From Pseudomonadota bacterium (lineage in GTDB: Bacteria; Desulfobacterota; Desulfobacteria; Desulfobacterales; JBDRRP01): a stretch of DNA of 64,000 bases. Where the stretch lies: assembly GCA_043825735.1 (NCBI GenBank), contig JBDRRP010000158.1:1-64000 (forward strand), read 5' to 3'. A program made the position numbers and the translations under genes. Each line of letters starts with the position of its first letter. Positions within the stretch are counted from its first letter, which is position 1. Positions 12,628 to 21,355 of the stretch are shown here, piece after piece. A model generated the notes under the pieces. That model made no database searches. It worked only from the letters and a program-made list of their open reading frames with translations, and was not told the origin of the DNA.

Positions 12628-12656
12628 ACTATCCAAGGTCTTGAGAGCCGTGTCAA
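12628..12656 (-). promoter_or_regulatory. Putative sigma70 promoter of the acyl-CoA ligase gene
   Basis: Minus strand TTGACA-17 nt-GATAGT; palindrome TCAATATTGA (12653-12662) overlaps the -35. Confidence 0.5.
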
Positions 12657-12733
12657 TATTGAAAGACTGCCGGTATCAGATGACGGGTTAGTGTCCATCC
12701 ACCTGCGGACGGACACGATTTAAACACCCAATT

Positions 12734-12870
12734 TTGATGGCTCCGTAAAAAGTCGGAAACCACCTCAGAGGACGCAGAGAGCGCAGAGATAAATCATTAA
12801 TAATTCCAAGTATTCTCTGTGGCTCTCTGCGATCTCTGCGGTTCAAAAACACTTTTTACGGCGCCATCAA
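12734..12870. repeat. 137-bp palindromic MITE/REPIN-like element, copy 1
   Basis: 20-bp terminal inverted repeats TTGATGGC(T/G)CCGTAAAAAGT with 1 mismatch; inner inverted arrays of CGCAGAG-like 9-mers around an AT-rich core. Confidence 0.85.
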
Positions 12871-13035
12871 TTTTATCAGCGGACGATGACTGCAACCGGG
12901 TGGTGGCATCCTTCGGGAAAATATGATAGAGACGCTTCGCACCGAAATAAAACCCGGCGTGCTGCCTCGCCCCTTAAATGAAGGTGCCTTGGAGAATGGG
13001 GCGGGCGATGCCGCAAAAACATTAAGAACAGACCC

Positions 13036-13221
13036 ATGCTGCTTATTTTAAAGTATGCTGCCGTACTGGCGGCCTCCGCCGTCGTCGGCCAGAGTTTTTT
13101 GGGAGAGTTGAAAAAAGCCCGCGCTTTAGACCTGCCCTGGTACCGCCCCTACCTCTCATTGCCGGGGATTGTCATTATCCTGGCGATTCTGACGCCCGTT
13201 TTTATCAAGCTGCTGAAGTAA
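13036..13221 (+). CDS. Small hypothetical membrane protein
   Basis: 61-aa ORF with two hydrophobic stretches and a LPWYRPYLSLPG loop; fills the gap between repeat and PilZ gene. Confidence 0.6.
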   Translation: MLLILKYAAVLAASAVVGQSFLGELKKARALDLPWYRPYLSLPGIVIILAILTPVFIKLLK

Positions 13222-13273
13222 GGCCGTCACGGCCCAATGAAGATTGATGTGATAAGGGGCGCCAATACCACGG

Positions 13274-14008
13274 CTATTGATGCGGCTGGCGCAGGCGCAG
13301 AAGGTTGCGCTGGATGCGGTAGATTTCCCGGGTGAGGCGGTTGGCGGCGATGCGCTCCATTTCCTGGAAGGAAATGGCCACCATGAGCCGGCCGGCCTCG
13401 GTGTCCCGGGTGAGCCATTCGATGCGGCCCGTATGGACATGCACGGATGTCACGTCCCCGTCCCGGGGGATATGCAGGTCCAGACCCACTATTTTCATCC
13501 CTTTCTGAATGATGCTGGCGGTATGTCCGTACCGGCCGATGGACATGTGGCAACGGACGCCGCCCACGCTGATATCGAGTACTTTGGCGCGGATCGGCAT
13601 ATCATCGACCATCAGTGCGAGCCAGCAGTCCAAGGGGGCAATGACGCGGTAGTCGCTGCGCCGCTGTATCCTTTCGATGAACTCGGGCATGGCGATCCAC
13701 AGCCCGTCGCGGCGAAGGTCCGGGCGCTCGCAGCGGAAGATGTATTTCAGACCGTCCGGGCCGGTGTACTCGAATCGAAACGACGGCAACTCTTTGGGAA
13801 ACACGATGGACTCGAGATCTTCCGGAACGTCGAGCACCACCATACGGCCCGTGAGCGTGCTGCGTACATCCGTGACGACGATGAGCCGCTCGAATTTGGC
13901 CCGTTCGCTCACCATCCGGACCAGGGTGCCGGTGGTTTTCAAAAACGCAAAGGCATCGGCCACGGACTCGGTCGTATTGAGGGCGGCGTATTCGGGCATG
14001 GCTACCAT
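13274..14008 (-). CDS. PilZ-domain c-di-GMP-binding protein (YcgR/flagellar-brake-like)
   Basis: QRRSDYR (RxxxR) and DISVGG (DxSxxG) motifs after an N-terminal YcgR-like region; GGAG-type RBS absent, start 14008 or 13999. Confidence 0.85.
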   Translation of the reverse strand: MVAMPEYAALNTTESVADAFAFLKTTGTLVRMVSERAKFERLIVVTDVRSTLTGRMVVLDVPEDLESIVFPKELPSFRFEYTGPDGLKYIFRCERPDLRRDGLWIAMPEFIERIQRRSDYRVIAPLDCWLALMVDDMPIRAKVLDISVGGVRCHMSIGRYGHTASIIQKGMKIVGLDLHIPRDGDVTSVHVHTGRIEWLTRDTEAGRLMVAISFQEMERIAANRLTREIYRIQRNLLRLRQPHQ

Positions 14009-14043
14009 CTATTGGAGGTCGAAGGCGTGGGCGATTGCCATCG

Positions 14044-15423
14044 CTACAGCCCGTAGCGTTGAATCTTGCGGTACACTGTCGCGGTATTCACGCCAAGCAG
14101 ATCGGCCGATTTGGCACGGTTGCCCCCGGTCCGTTCCAGGGCGCGCCGAATCAGTCGGATTTCATTTTCCTGCATGTTCAAAGAGCCTTCATTGTGGAGG
14201 GACGGGTCGGCACCGGCCAGCAGTTCTGCGGGCAGGTCACCCGCATCGATAATATCGTCGATACCCAGGGCAAAGGCCCGTTCTACGGCATTTTCAAGCT
14301 GCCGCACATTTCCCGGCCAGCGGTAGCGCTGGAGGGCATCCATGGCTTCCTGGGAAATGCCACGGATCGTCCGGTTGAAGCGATTGTTGAACCGATCGAT
14401 GAAGTGGTCGACCAGAAGCGGAATGTCTCCGGGCATGGCGCGTAGCGGCGGCATTTGAATCGTGACCACATTGAGCCGGTAGTACAGATCTTCCCGGATG
14501 ATCCCACTGTGCAGCAGCTCTTCACTGGAGCGGTTTGTGGCGGCGATGATGCGCACATCAACGAGATGCTCCTGGGTGGCGCCCACCGCACGAATGGTTT
14601 TCTCCTGGATGACGCGCAGCAGTTTCACCTGTAGCGCCGGATCGATCTCGCTGACTTCATCGAGAAAGATGGTGCCGCCGTCTGCAGCGCGAAAGAGGCC
14701 GTCGTGATCTCTAATGGCGCCGGTGAAGGCCCCTTTCACATGGCCAAAGAGTTCACTCTCCAGCAGGTTTCCCACGATGGCGCCACAGTTGACGGGAATA
14801 AAGGCTTTGGTTTTCCTGCTGCTGTTTTGGTGGATGACGTTGGCCACCAGTTCCTTGCCCGTTCCGCTTTCGCCTTGGATCAGCACGGTGGGGGTGCTGT
14901 GGCGGATGCGGTCTACGATCTGGTAGATGGCCCGGATCCCCGGAGACGCGCCCACCAGACCGCCGAACCCGAACCGTTCGTCGAGCCGTTGTTTATAGAG
15001 TACATTTTCTTTACGCAGCGCCGTGGCTTCGGCGATGCGGTCAATCAGGTGCTTGAGGCGCTCAAAGGCGATGGGTTTCTGGATGTAGTCGTAGCTGCCG
15101 TGCTTGAGGGCTTCAACGGCCGAATCGATGGTGCCGTAGCCTGTGAGAATGACCACTTCCGTCTGTGGACTGATTTCCTTGGCGCGTTTGAGTACTTCCA
15201 AACCACTGACACCAGGCATCTGAAGATCCGTAAAAAGGATGTCAAAGTGTCCGGCGGCAAGTATATCCAGGGCTTTTTCACCGGAGTCGGCGACTGTGAC
15301 GGAAAACCCCTGTCGGCGCAGGAACGCTTCCACGATGAGGAGAATTTCCGGCTCGTCGTCCACGAAGAGGATGCGCAGATCATCTGCTGGGGAAAAGGCC
15401 TTATGTGGATCGGTTTTGGGCAT
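14044..15423 (-). CDS. Sigma54-dependent response regulator (receiver-AAA+-Fis HTH; NtrC/FleR-like)
   Basis: LFVDDE and TDLQMP receiver, GESGTGKE Walker A, ESELFGHVKGAFTGA, FLDEV, REDLYYRLNV, WPGNVRQLEN, C-terminal HTH. Confidence 0.95.
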   Translation of the reverse strand: MPKTDPHKAFSPADDLRILFVDDEPEILLIVEAFLRRQGFSVTVADSGEKALDILAAGHFDILFTDLQMPGVSGLEVLKRAKEISPQTEVVILTGYGTIDSAVEALKHGSYDYIQKPIAFERLKHLIDRIAEATALRKENVLYKQRLDERFGFGGLVGASPGIRAIYQIVDRIRHSTPTVLIQGESGTGKELVANVIHQNSSRKTKAFIPVNCGAIVGNLLESELFGHVKGAFTGAIRDHDGLFRAADGGTIFLDEVSEIDPALQVKLLRVIQEKTIRAVGATQEHLVDVRIIAATNRSSEELLHSGIIREDLYYRLNVVTIQMPPLRAMPGDIPLLVDHFIDRFNNRFNRTIRGISQEAMDALQRYRWPGNVRQLENAVERAFALGIDDIIDAGDLPAELLAGADPSLHNEGSLNMQENEIRLIRRALERTGGNRAKSADLLGVNTATVYRKIQRYGL

Positions 15424-15477
15424 GGGCTGTCAATGTTTCCCGGTGGTGGTAACCATTTCTGAGGGCGGTAATGCTAA

Positions 15478-16242
15478 TCAGTGTCCATTGCGGCTGTTTG
15501 CCTCACGCGCCGTCTGCAGCGCCCGGTTTGCCATGAAGAGCGACAGCGTGGCCAGTGCCACTGTGCTCAATCGTAAGAGCAGACTCAGCCAGGCGAGGAC
15601 CCCTCGGCCGCCCGTTGCCGCGGATGATGCAGCGGCAGGACGGGAAAAAACAGCCACCGGGGCGTGATCAGCAGTCGTCACTTTCCGCTCCAATTCGGTA
15701 TCTTGAGCGCGAGCGGTGTTTGGGATGGGCAGGGAGAGCACTGAGGCCGGCGGAGCGGGCAGGCGCGCTTCCTGTTGTTTGACGGCGACTTCCACCGGCG
15801 CTGCCGGGGGCAGGGCAGCCACTGTCGGAGTTGTCGCTCGCGCGGCAACGGGGCGGCTCGCCGAAGCGATGGGCAGGAGCGGCGCGGATACGGCTTCCGG
15901 TGGATGCGGCAAGGCGAGTTGCGCAGGGGCGGGGGCCGTGGGTGCCGGCAACAAGGCTTCTGTGGGTTGGACATACGTGCCGTAGACCCATCCCTGGTAG
16001 CCGAACGTGTCGTTTTCGTAGGAGACTTTGACCCACCCGTCAGTTTCTTCATGTGCCTGGACGATCGTCCCCTGGGCCAGCCCCGTGATGACGGCGCCAT
16101 GCAGGCCGGGAGCGGCGCGCAGGTTGACGTTGGCGGTTACCCGACCTGCCCAGGCGTCTGCCCGAGCCGTCGACGGCGGCAGCCCTCCCCACGCGATCAG
16201 TGTTGCCATACCGATTGTCAGCATCATGCATAGTGTCTTCAT
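15478..16242 (-). CDS. Secreted bacterial SH3-domain protein with Pro/Ala-rich linker and C-terminal TM helix
   Basis: Signal peptide; VTANVNLRAAPG...GWVKV...GWVYGTYV SH3b signature; hydrophobic C-terminus. Confidence 0.8.
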   Translation of the reverse strand: MKTLCMMLTIGMATLIAWGGLPPSTARADAWAGRVTANVNLRAAPGLHGAVITGLAQGTIVQAHEETDGWVKVSYENDTFGYQGWVYGTYVQPTEALLPAPTAPAPAQLALPHPPEAVSAPLLPIASASRPVAARATTPTVAALPPAAPVEVAVKQQEARLPAPPASVLSLPIPNTARAQDTELERKVTTADHAPVAVFSRPAAASSAATGGRGVLAWLSLLLRLSTVALATLSLFMANRALQTAREANSRNGH

Positions 16243-16330
16243 TGATGATCCCCGCGCCTTGAACCGTGGTGCCGTGCTCAGACGGTCGTGATGGTATGAT
16301 TGATAACCGCTGTCGTTTGAGACATCGAAA

Positions 16331-16346
16331 TGCAGGAAACATGCCT
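16331..16346 (-). promoter_or_regulatory. Putative sigma54 (-24/-12) promoter of the SH3 gene
   Basis: Minus strand AGGCATGTTTCCTGCA with canonical GG-N10-GC spacing, ~90 bp upstream of the ATG. Confidence 0.55.
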
Positions 16347-16405
16347 ACTGGTTTCATGAGTGCCGGATGGGGGCATCCCGGGCCACGCGCGCGCGTTGGC
16401 AGCAG

Positions 16406-16434
16406 ATAGGTCCTATAGGTCATATAGGCCGTAT
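16406..16434. repeat. Short 9-bp-period repeat ATAGGTCCT/ATAGGTCAT/ATAGGCCGT
   Basis: Three consecutive 9-mers in intergenic DNA, containing the palindrome CCTATAGG. Confidence 0.6.
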
Positions 16435-16474
16435 TACACCACGCGCGTGTGCGTGTCAGCGATGCGCAGAAAGT

Positions 16475-16488
16475 GTCAATGAATTGAC
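16475..16488. promoter_or_regulatory. FleQ-type enhancer box
   Basis: GTCAATGAATTGAC palindrome ~130 bp upstream of the 16331 sigma54 site, with a third half-site GTCAAT at 16495-16500. Confidence 0.6.
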
Positions 16489-16516
16489 TCCGGCGTCAAT
16501 GCCGGCGAGGGGTCTT

Positions 16517-17977
16517 CTATCTCAGTACGAGGCGGATCGGTATACGATTGGCGGCGGCCAATTGCTTGCCTGCGGCATCTGTGGGGCGTGACATGGCGGT
16601 GGTGCCGGGGAACCCGAAACCGTTTGAGGGGAGGTGCTGCTGAGGGTTGAAGTTCACCAGAACCATACCGGCGAACTTGGGATCCCGGTACACTTCAACA
16701 CGGAAGACCCACCCGGATCGATCCATGGAATAGCGGTTCATGATGTCGCTTTGCCGAATGGCCATGCCGGCTTCGTCGTCGGCGCCGTGGCGGGTGAAGC
16801 CGATGACGTTTGTGCGGTATCCGTCTATGGGCACAACGGTGAAGGATGTCTTCACGTCGACGATTTCACCGAACCCGACACGCACCAAGCGGCCGTCCAC
16901 GAGCATGTCGATCTGATGGAGATCGTCATCGTAGTCATAGTATGACGGAGAGATGCGGACGAGGTCGCGGTTGCCGTGATGGACGGAAATGGTGTCATCG
17001 GTAGCGATGACGGTGAGCAGCGGGTTGCTGGCGATGAAATCGAGGGCACTGTCCTTGCGCAGCGGGAAGTAGCGCAGATTGCGCCGGGCATTGTCGGCCG
17101 TGAGCACCACCCGGTGATCGTGAAAGGACAGCCGGACGTTGTTGTCGATGGCTTCGAGGACCGGCTCCGGGGCCAGTGGCATCTGCCGCTGGTAGCCAAT
17201 GCCGGCCATGTCCAGGAAGGCCTCCACCAGACTGAGATGATAGTAGGCCCTCAGGTGGGTGGGAAAGGACTTGCTTACCTCGAGTCCGTAAGCCGGTTTG
17301 CCGTTTTGGACGGCGAAATAGGTTAGGGTCTTGGCCATTTCAATGTTGCCCAGATGCGTCTGGGTATTCATGACCGAAAAGACGTGTTCACTGTCCATCA
17401 ATCGGCGGTTCGCCTGTGCGACCACGGCCACAGCGTTGCCGGTGAGGTCTTCCAGGGCGCCGGGTCCCATCGACTCACGGTCGATGATGACCGACTGGCC
17501 CCAGCGATCGGGATTGCGCAGGTCGTCGATGTGATGCTCCCGGTGGAAACCGCTCCCATCATGGAGGTTGAGTACCAGATCAACTTCTCCGGAAGTGATG
17601 ATTTTTTTGATCCGTTGGATGGTACGATATTCGGGGTCAGCCGGCGGGATTTGGTCGAATTTTCGGTTCAGATCCCCGTAGACCCCTCGGGATCGTTTGA
17701 TGATACTGGGAAAATTGAGATTTGGGACCACCCACACGTTGCCGCGGGTGAAGGCGTAATGGGTCAGAAGCAGGGCGGCGGCGTTGAATCCGCCGGGCTC
17801 GTCTCCCTGGATGCCGCCCACGATGAGAACGGTTTTGCCCGGGGCCTGGCCGCAGCGCTGGTAGAGGTTGAATTCCAGCGGGTGGGCGCTCAGCGGAAGG
17901 GCCAGCAGCATGCCGGCGAGAGCGAGCATTCCCACCAGTGTTCGCCATCTGACGCTCAACACACCTTGATATGCCAT
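16517..17977 (-). CDS. M14/M99-family zinc carboxypeptidase, Csd4/Pgp1-like peptidoglycan peptidase
   Basis: GGIQGDEPGG (Gln zinc ligand as in Helicobacter Csd4), GDLNRKF, NLHDGSG, WGQSVIID, MAKTLTYFA motifs; N-terminal signal. Confidence 0.85.
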   Translation of the reverse strand: MAYQGVLSVRWRTLVGMLALAGMLLALPLSAHPLEFNLYQRCGQAPGKTVLIVGGIQGDEPGGFNAAALLLTHYAFTRGNVWVVPNLNFPSIIKRSRGVYGDLNRKFDQIPPADPEYRTIQRIKKIITSGEVDLVLNLHDGSGFHREHHIDDLRNPDRWGQSVIIDRESMGPGALEDLTGNAVAVVAQANRRLMDSEHVFSVMNTQTHLGNIEMAKTLTYFAVQNGKPAYGLEVSKSFPTHLRAYYHLSLVEAFLDMAGIGYQRQMPLAPEPVLEAIDNNVRLSFHDHRVVLTADNARRNLRYFPLRKDSALDFIASNPLLTVIATDDTISVHHGNRDLVRISPSYYDYDDDLHQIDMLVDGRLVRVGFGEIVDVKTSFTVVPIDGYRTNVIGFTRHGADDEAGMAIRQSDIMNRYSMDRSGWVFRVEVYRDPKFAGMVLVNFNPQQHLPSNGFGFPGTTAMSRPTDAAGKQLAAANRIPIRLVLR

Positions 17978-18813
17978 GGCTCGAACCGGACTCCCAGCGT
18001 GTTGTCTTGGTGATAGCGCAGGCGAAGATACCCCAGATCCACCAGATGCTTGAATACTTCCGTCTCCGTGAACCGTTCGGTGAAATTGTCGGCTCCGTAC
18101 CCTACCTGGCCCACATCGAAATCCCCGATGCCGTGGAAACTGTATCCCGGCGGGGCCAGAGAGCGTGACGCCATGGAAAGGTTGCCGTCGCTCTCGTAGG
18201 CTTTGGATAAAAAGAGCATGAACTGCTTGATGACGCTACGGATACCTGAGGTGAGCACCACTTCGTCGCCCAGGGTGCTCTTGATCCGGTGATAGGTTTC
18301 GAGGGCATTGCCCTTGTAAAGGTAATTGCCCGTTTCAGGGTCCCGGATCACCCTGTCTACCTGGATGTCATCGGTGAGATGTTTTAGGGGTTTTTCGCCG
18401 GTAAACCCGTAGATGGCACTGTCTGCGTAAAAGATTTTTTCCAGAAACGCCAGCTCTTCGGCGGTGAAGGGTTCCACCTGGCTGTAGTTTTTTGAGATGG
18501 TGATGGCGTTGTCAAAACTGAGCAGATAGAAGTTGCCGTGGCCGACGGTGCGCTGCAGGCGGTTCAAGCGGGAGAGCGCGGTTTTGAGGATTTCAAAGTC
18601 GGCGGCCGACAAAAAAATGTCATCGTCGTGATGCGCGTTGAAGTTTCGCATCTTGAAAAGGTAGTCTTTAAGATACGATTCTTCATCTCTCAGCCCCTGG
18701 GGGGGATCAGTGACCAGGAGGCCGGCCATGGCCGTGGTGGGGGCCAGACCGGCGCCGAGGGCGACGGTGGAAACGGTCTTCAGAAAGCGGCGTCTGTTCA
18801 TTTCGGTGCTCAC
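17956..18813 (-). CDS. Tat-exported M15B (VanY-like) D-Ala-D-Ala carboxypeptidase/peptidoglycan peptidase
   Basis: NRRRFLK twin-arginine signal; TSGIRS, APPGYSFHGIGDFD (SxHxxGxxxD) and EPWH motifs. Confidence 0.88.
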   Translation of the reverse strand: MSTEMNRRRFLKTVSTVALGAGLAPTTAMAGLLVTDPPQGLRDEESYLKDYLFKMRNFNAHHDDDIFLSAADFEILKTALSRLNRLQRTVGHGNFYLLSFDNAITISKNYSQVEPFTAEELAFLEKIFYADSAIYGFTGEKPLKHLTDDIQVDRVIRDPETGNYLYKGNALETYHRIKSTLGDEVVLTSGIRSVIKQFMLFLSKAYESDGNLSMASRSLAPPGYSFHGIGDFDVGQVGYGADNFTERFTETEVFKHLVDLGYLRLRYHQDNTLGVRFEPWHIKVC

Positions 18814-18872
18814 CCGGAGGCTATGCGTGTTTATCGGCTGCGTTCTCTGATGCAGTGTGCTGCCGATTTGTC

Positions 18873-18888
18873 AGCAAAAACCGAGCCA
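18873..18888 (-). promoter_or_regulatory. Putative sigma54 promoter of the M15B-M99 peptidase pair
   Basis: Minus strand TGGCTCGGTTTTTGCT, 60 bp upstream of the start codon. Confidence 0.7.
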
Positions 18889-19051
18889 ATGATTTTTCAA
18901 TCGTTATAGCCCAAGCGGACGTGGTGATCAATTGGTTTTGCGTCGATTGTCGTCACCACCGTGTCTCCGGCGAAACCGAGGAGCGGCTGGTTCCTCATCG
19001 GTCTGTGCCGGGAGCGGCCCTTGATGAACCGGGCGTTCGCATTACCAGGGC

Positions 19052-19067
19052 TGGCACGATGATTGCT
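19052..19067 (+). promoter_or_regulatory. Sigma54 promoter of the histidine-kinase-like gene
   Basis: TGGCACGATGATTGCT, a perfect TGGCACG-N4-TTGC match. Confidence 0.8.
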
Positions 19068-19200
19068 GTTACCACTGGCCGGAGATCTATTTCTATAGGG
19101 CAGTAGAGATCGGCCTAATCCACCACCCGCCAATCGTAAATGGCCGGATGCTTGTGGATGCAGGGATGGACCTGGATGCTGAGGCAAAGGAGGCACGCGT

Positions 19201-20559
19201 ATGAGGGGACTGTGGGGCAACGCGCTAAAGCAACCTGGCGGTGAGAATAGCAGACTGTGGATGGTGAAGAATCTGCCCGCGGTGCGAACTGAGAATACTG
19301 AGGGCACGCTTGCCGTTTCCGGGCACAATGGCCGTATACCGGGGGTCCGGTTTTACTTCGCCGTCGCCGGTGACAGGCCGGCTGAGGCCGTATCCAAGCA
19401 TCGGTGGCCGGTGAGCCCGGATGCGGAGTCTCCCCAGGAGGGCGCCGACGCCGGACGCGATACCATTGAGCGTTTTTCTCGGGGGGTTGCCCAGCATGTC
19501 AACGACCTGCTCATGGCTGTTCTTGGCCAGAGCGCGCTGTGCCGCCTTGACGCACCAGACAATTTGCCCCTGGAAGCGGTACTGAAGAAGATTGAAGACA
19601 TGGTGCAATACGGCGCCCACCTCACCTTTCATCTGCTGGGGTTATGCGGGCGCGGGGTGTTTGCGGATCCGCCCTATGTCGCTAAGACCTCCAGCGACAG
19701 TCGGCCTGTCGGTATCATCGGCTATGCCCGTGAACGGTTTCGATCCTTTCCATTTTACCATCTTTCAGCGGCCCTGAGCCGCCGTCCGCTACAGAAGGAC
19801 GCCGTTCACACGGCATGCCGGCAGCTATCGCTGGAATATCTCATTGTTTTTGATCACCTGCTGGCGGCCACTGAACAGATACAGGACGTATCGGTTCGGC
19901 GCCGTGCCGCGAGCATGCGACGACTGGTGCTCAAAGGCCGGCGGCTGATGGCGGAAATCGCCGCCTTTGCCGGGGGCGACCCGCGCAGACGCCGGGGAAA
20001 AGACGTAACGAAGGCCGATACCGTCACCAGGATTCTTCGCAGCGTGCTGCGAAACATTTCCTCACATCAGCCGGCGCTGAAAGTAACCATGTCCCTGGGC
20101 ATTGCAGTGCCCGCGCTGCAGATGCTGCCGGGAGATTTTTGTCATGTGATGGCCGCCGTGGTGAAAAATGCCGCAGAGGCCATGCCGTGCGGCGGGGAAT
20201 TGACGCTTATCGCCACTGCTCGCGGTGGAGATACGCCGGTGGCGTGCACCCACACGGCAGCCGCATTGGAGATTGCTGTCTGCGATACGGGGCGCGGCAT
20301 TCCCGACCACGCAGGCCGACGGATTTTTGACCCTTTCTATACCTCGAAGGAAGGAACGCGCCGATTCGGTCTGGGGCTTTCCGGCAGCCTGGGAAGACTC
20401 CGGCAGGTGGGCGGCTCGATTGCGGTGGCTTCTGCGCCAGGCGAGGGGACCGTGGCACTGATCCGGATTCCTGTAGCAGTGGCCCGGCGGCAGCCCATTG
20501 GTATCCAAAACGGCCAGCAGCGGGTTTGCACGCAGACACCAGTGCACTGCGGCTGTTGA
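19201..20559 (+). CDS. Histidine-kinase-like protein (degenerate HisKA plus HATPase_c)
   Basis: AAGGAGG RBS; GVAQHVNDLL aligns to the GIAHDFNNLL H-box; KNAAEAMP N-box, DTGRGI G1, FDPFYTSK F-box, GLGL G2. Confidence 0.75.
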   Translation: MRGLWGNALKQPGGENSRLWMVKNLPAVRTENTEGTLAVSGHNGRIPGVRFYFAVAGDRPAEAVSKHRWPVSPDAESPQEGADAGRDTIERFSRGVAQHVNDLLMAVLGQSALCRLDAPDNLPLEAVLKKIEDMVQYGAHLTFHLLGLCGRGVFADPPYVAKTSSDSRPVGIIGYARERFRSFPFYHLSAALSRRPLQKDAVHTACRQLSLEYLIVFDHLLAATEQIQDVSVRRRAASMRRLVLKGRRLMAEIAAFAGGDPRRRRGKDVTKADTVTRILRSVLRNISSHQPALKVTMSLGIAVPALQMLPGDFCHVMAAVVKNAAEAMPCGGELTLIATARGGDTPVACTHTAAALEIAVCDTGRGIPDHAGRRIFDPFYTSKEGTRRFGLGLSGSLGRLRQVGGSIAVASAPGEGTVALIRIPVAVARRQPIGIQNGQQRVCTQTPVHCGC

Positions 20560-20610
20560 TGATCGGTTTTTGGGCGATTGTTGTCCCCATGAAGAACGAT
20601 GAGCCGGTAC

Positions 20611-20742
20611 AAATTGATTTTGAACCACAGAGGCCGCAGAGGACCGCAGAGGACCGCAGAGAATATTATGAATAATTAATAAATTATCTCTGCGCTCTCT
20701 GCGTTCTCTGTGGTGATTTCAGACTTTTTACATGTTTGTCAA
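20611..20742. repeat. Palindromic element, copy 2 (inverted relative to 12734-12870)
   Basis: Shares ttttgaacc.cagag...ttatctctgcgctctctgcgt.ctctg.ggtg.tttc.gactttttac with the reverse complement of copy 1; one terminal repeat is largely deleted. Confidence 0.85.
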
Positions 20743-20821
20743 GAACCACCGGCGCCAGAAATATGACGCCGATGTTGTCTCCATCAGTGATGCATGGCGC
20801 GATTAATCGGTGGGCGCGGCG

Positions 20822-21292
20822 TCAGGCAGGATTGTAATCGCCACGATTGAACTTGAACACTTCCGCGGTTGCGGCGACCAGCGCCTCCTGGGCGATGGAT
20901 TTGAGTCCGTCGGCGTCGTTCAGTTTCTGGATGGTCTTCTCCAGCTCTTGCATGCCTTTTTCCACCCGGTCCAGTTGAGGGGCAATGGACTTCAGCGATT
21001 GCCGGGGATTGGCGAGCTGCTGCTGGTAGCCTTCCATCAGCTCCAGGAGCCGGTCCACTTTTTCTACGGCGTTCACCGGCGCGGACACGGGAAGGCTGCT
21101 GAACTGGACGCCGCTGATGCTGACCGGGCCCGGCGATGCGGGGGCGGCTGGCACCTGAGCGGCGGCCTCTGAATTGAGGGCCCGTCCCAGGGCATCGGCA
21201 AACGCCCGACCGTCAAGGCACGGTTTGTTTTTTGGCGAAAGGCCGGGCATCTGCTTGAAAATGTTCTCAGGGGAATTGATTTTCATATCCAT
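20822..21292 (-). CDS. Hypothetical protein, probably flagellar-regulon associated
   Basis: 156-aa ORF with GGAG RBS, coiled-coil C-half ending in EVFKFNRGDY, and a sigma54 promoter directly upstream. Confidence 0.7.
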   Translation of the reverse strand: MDMKINSPENIFKQMPGLSPKNKPCLDGRAFADALGRALNSEAAAQVPAAPASPGPVSISGVQFSSLPVSAPVNAVEKVDRLLELMEGYQQQLANPRQSLKSIAPQLDRVEKGMQELEKTIQKLNDADGLKSIAQEALVAATAEVFKFNRGDYNPA

Positions 21293-21339
21293 GACTCCAG
21301 GGGTTCCGGGTTCTCGGGATTGCTTTTAACCGGAAATAA

Positions 21340-21355
21340 TGCAATGCACATGCCA
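21340..21355 (-). promoter_or_regulatory. Sigma54 promoter of 20822-21292
   Basis: Minus strand TGGCATGTGCATTGCA, followed upstream by an AT-rich tract (about 21410-21455). Confidence 0.75.

Noticed and set aside
17956..18813. Vancomycin-resistance vanY, and AAC(3) at 32690 as aminoglycoside resistance
   Set aside because: No van cluster is present; the AAC(3)-like gene is a stub in a glycan operon, so family membership alone does not imply resistance
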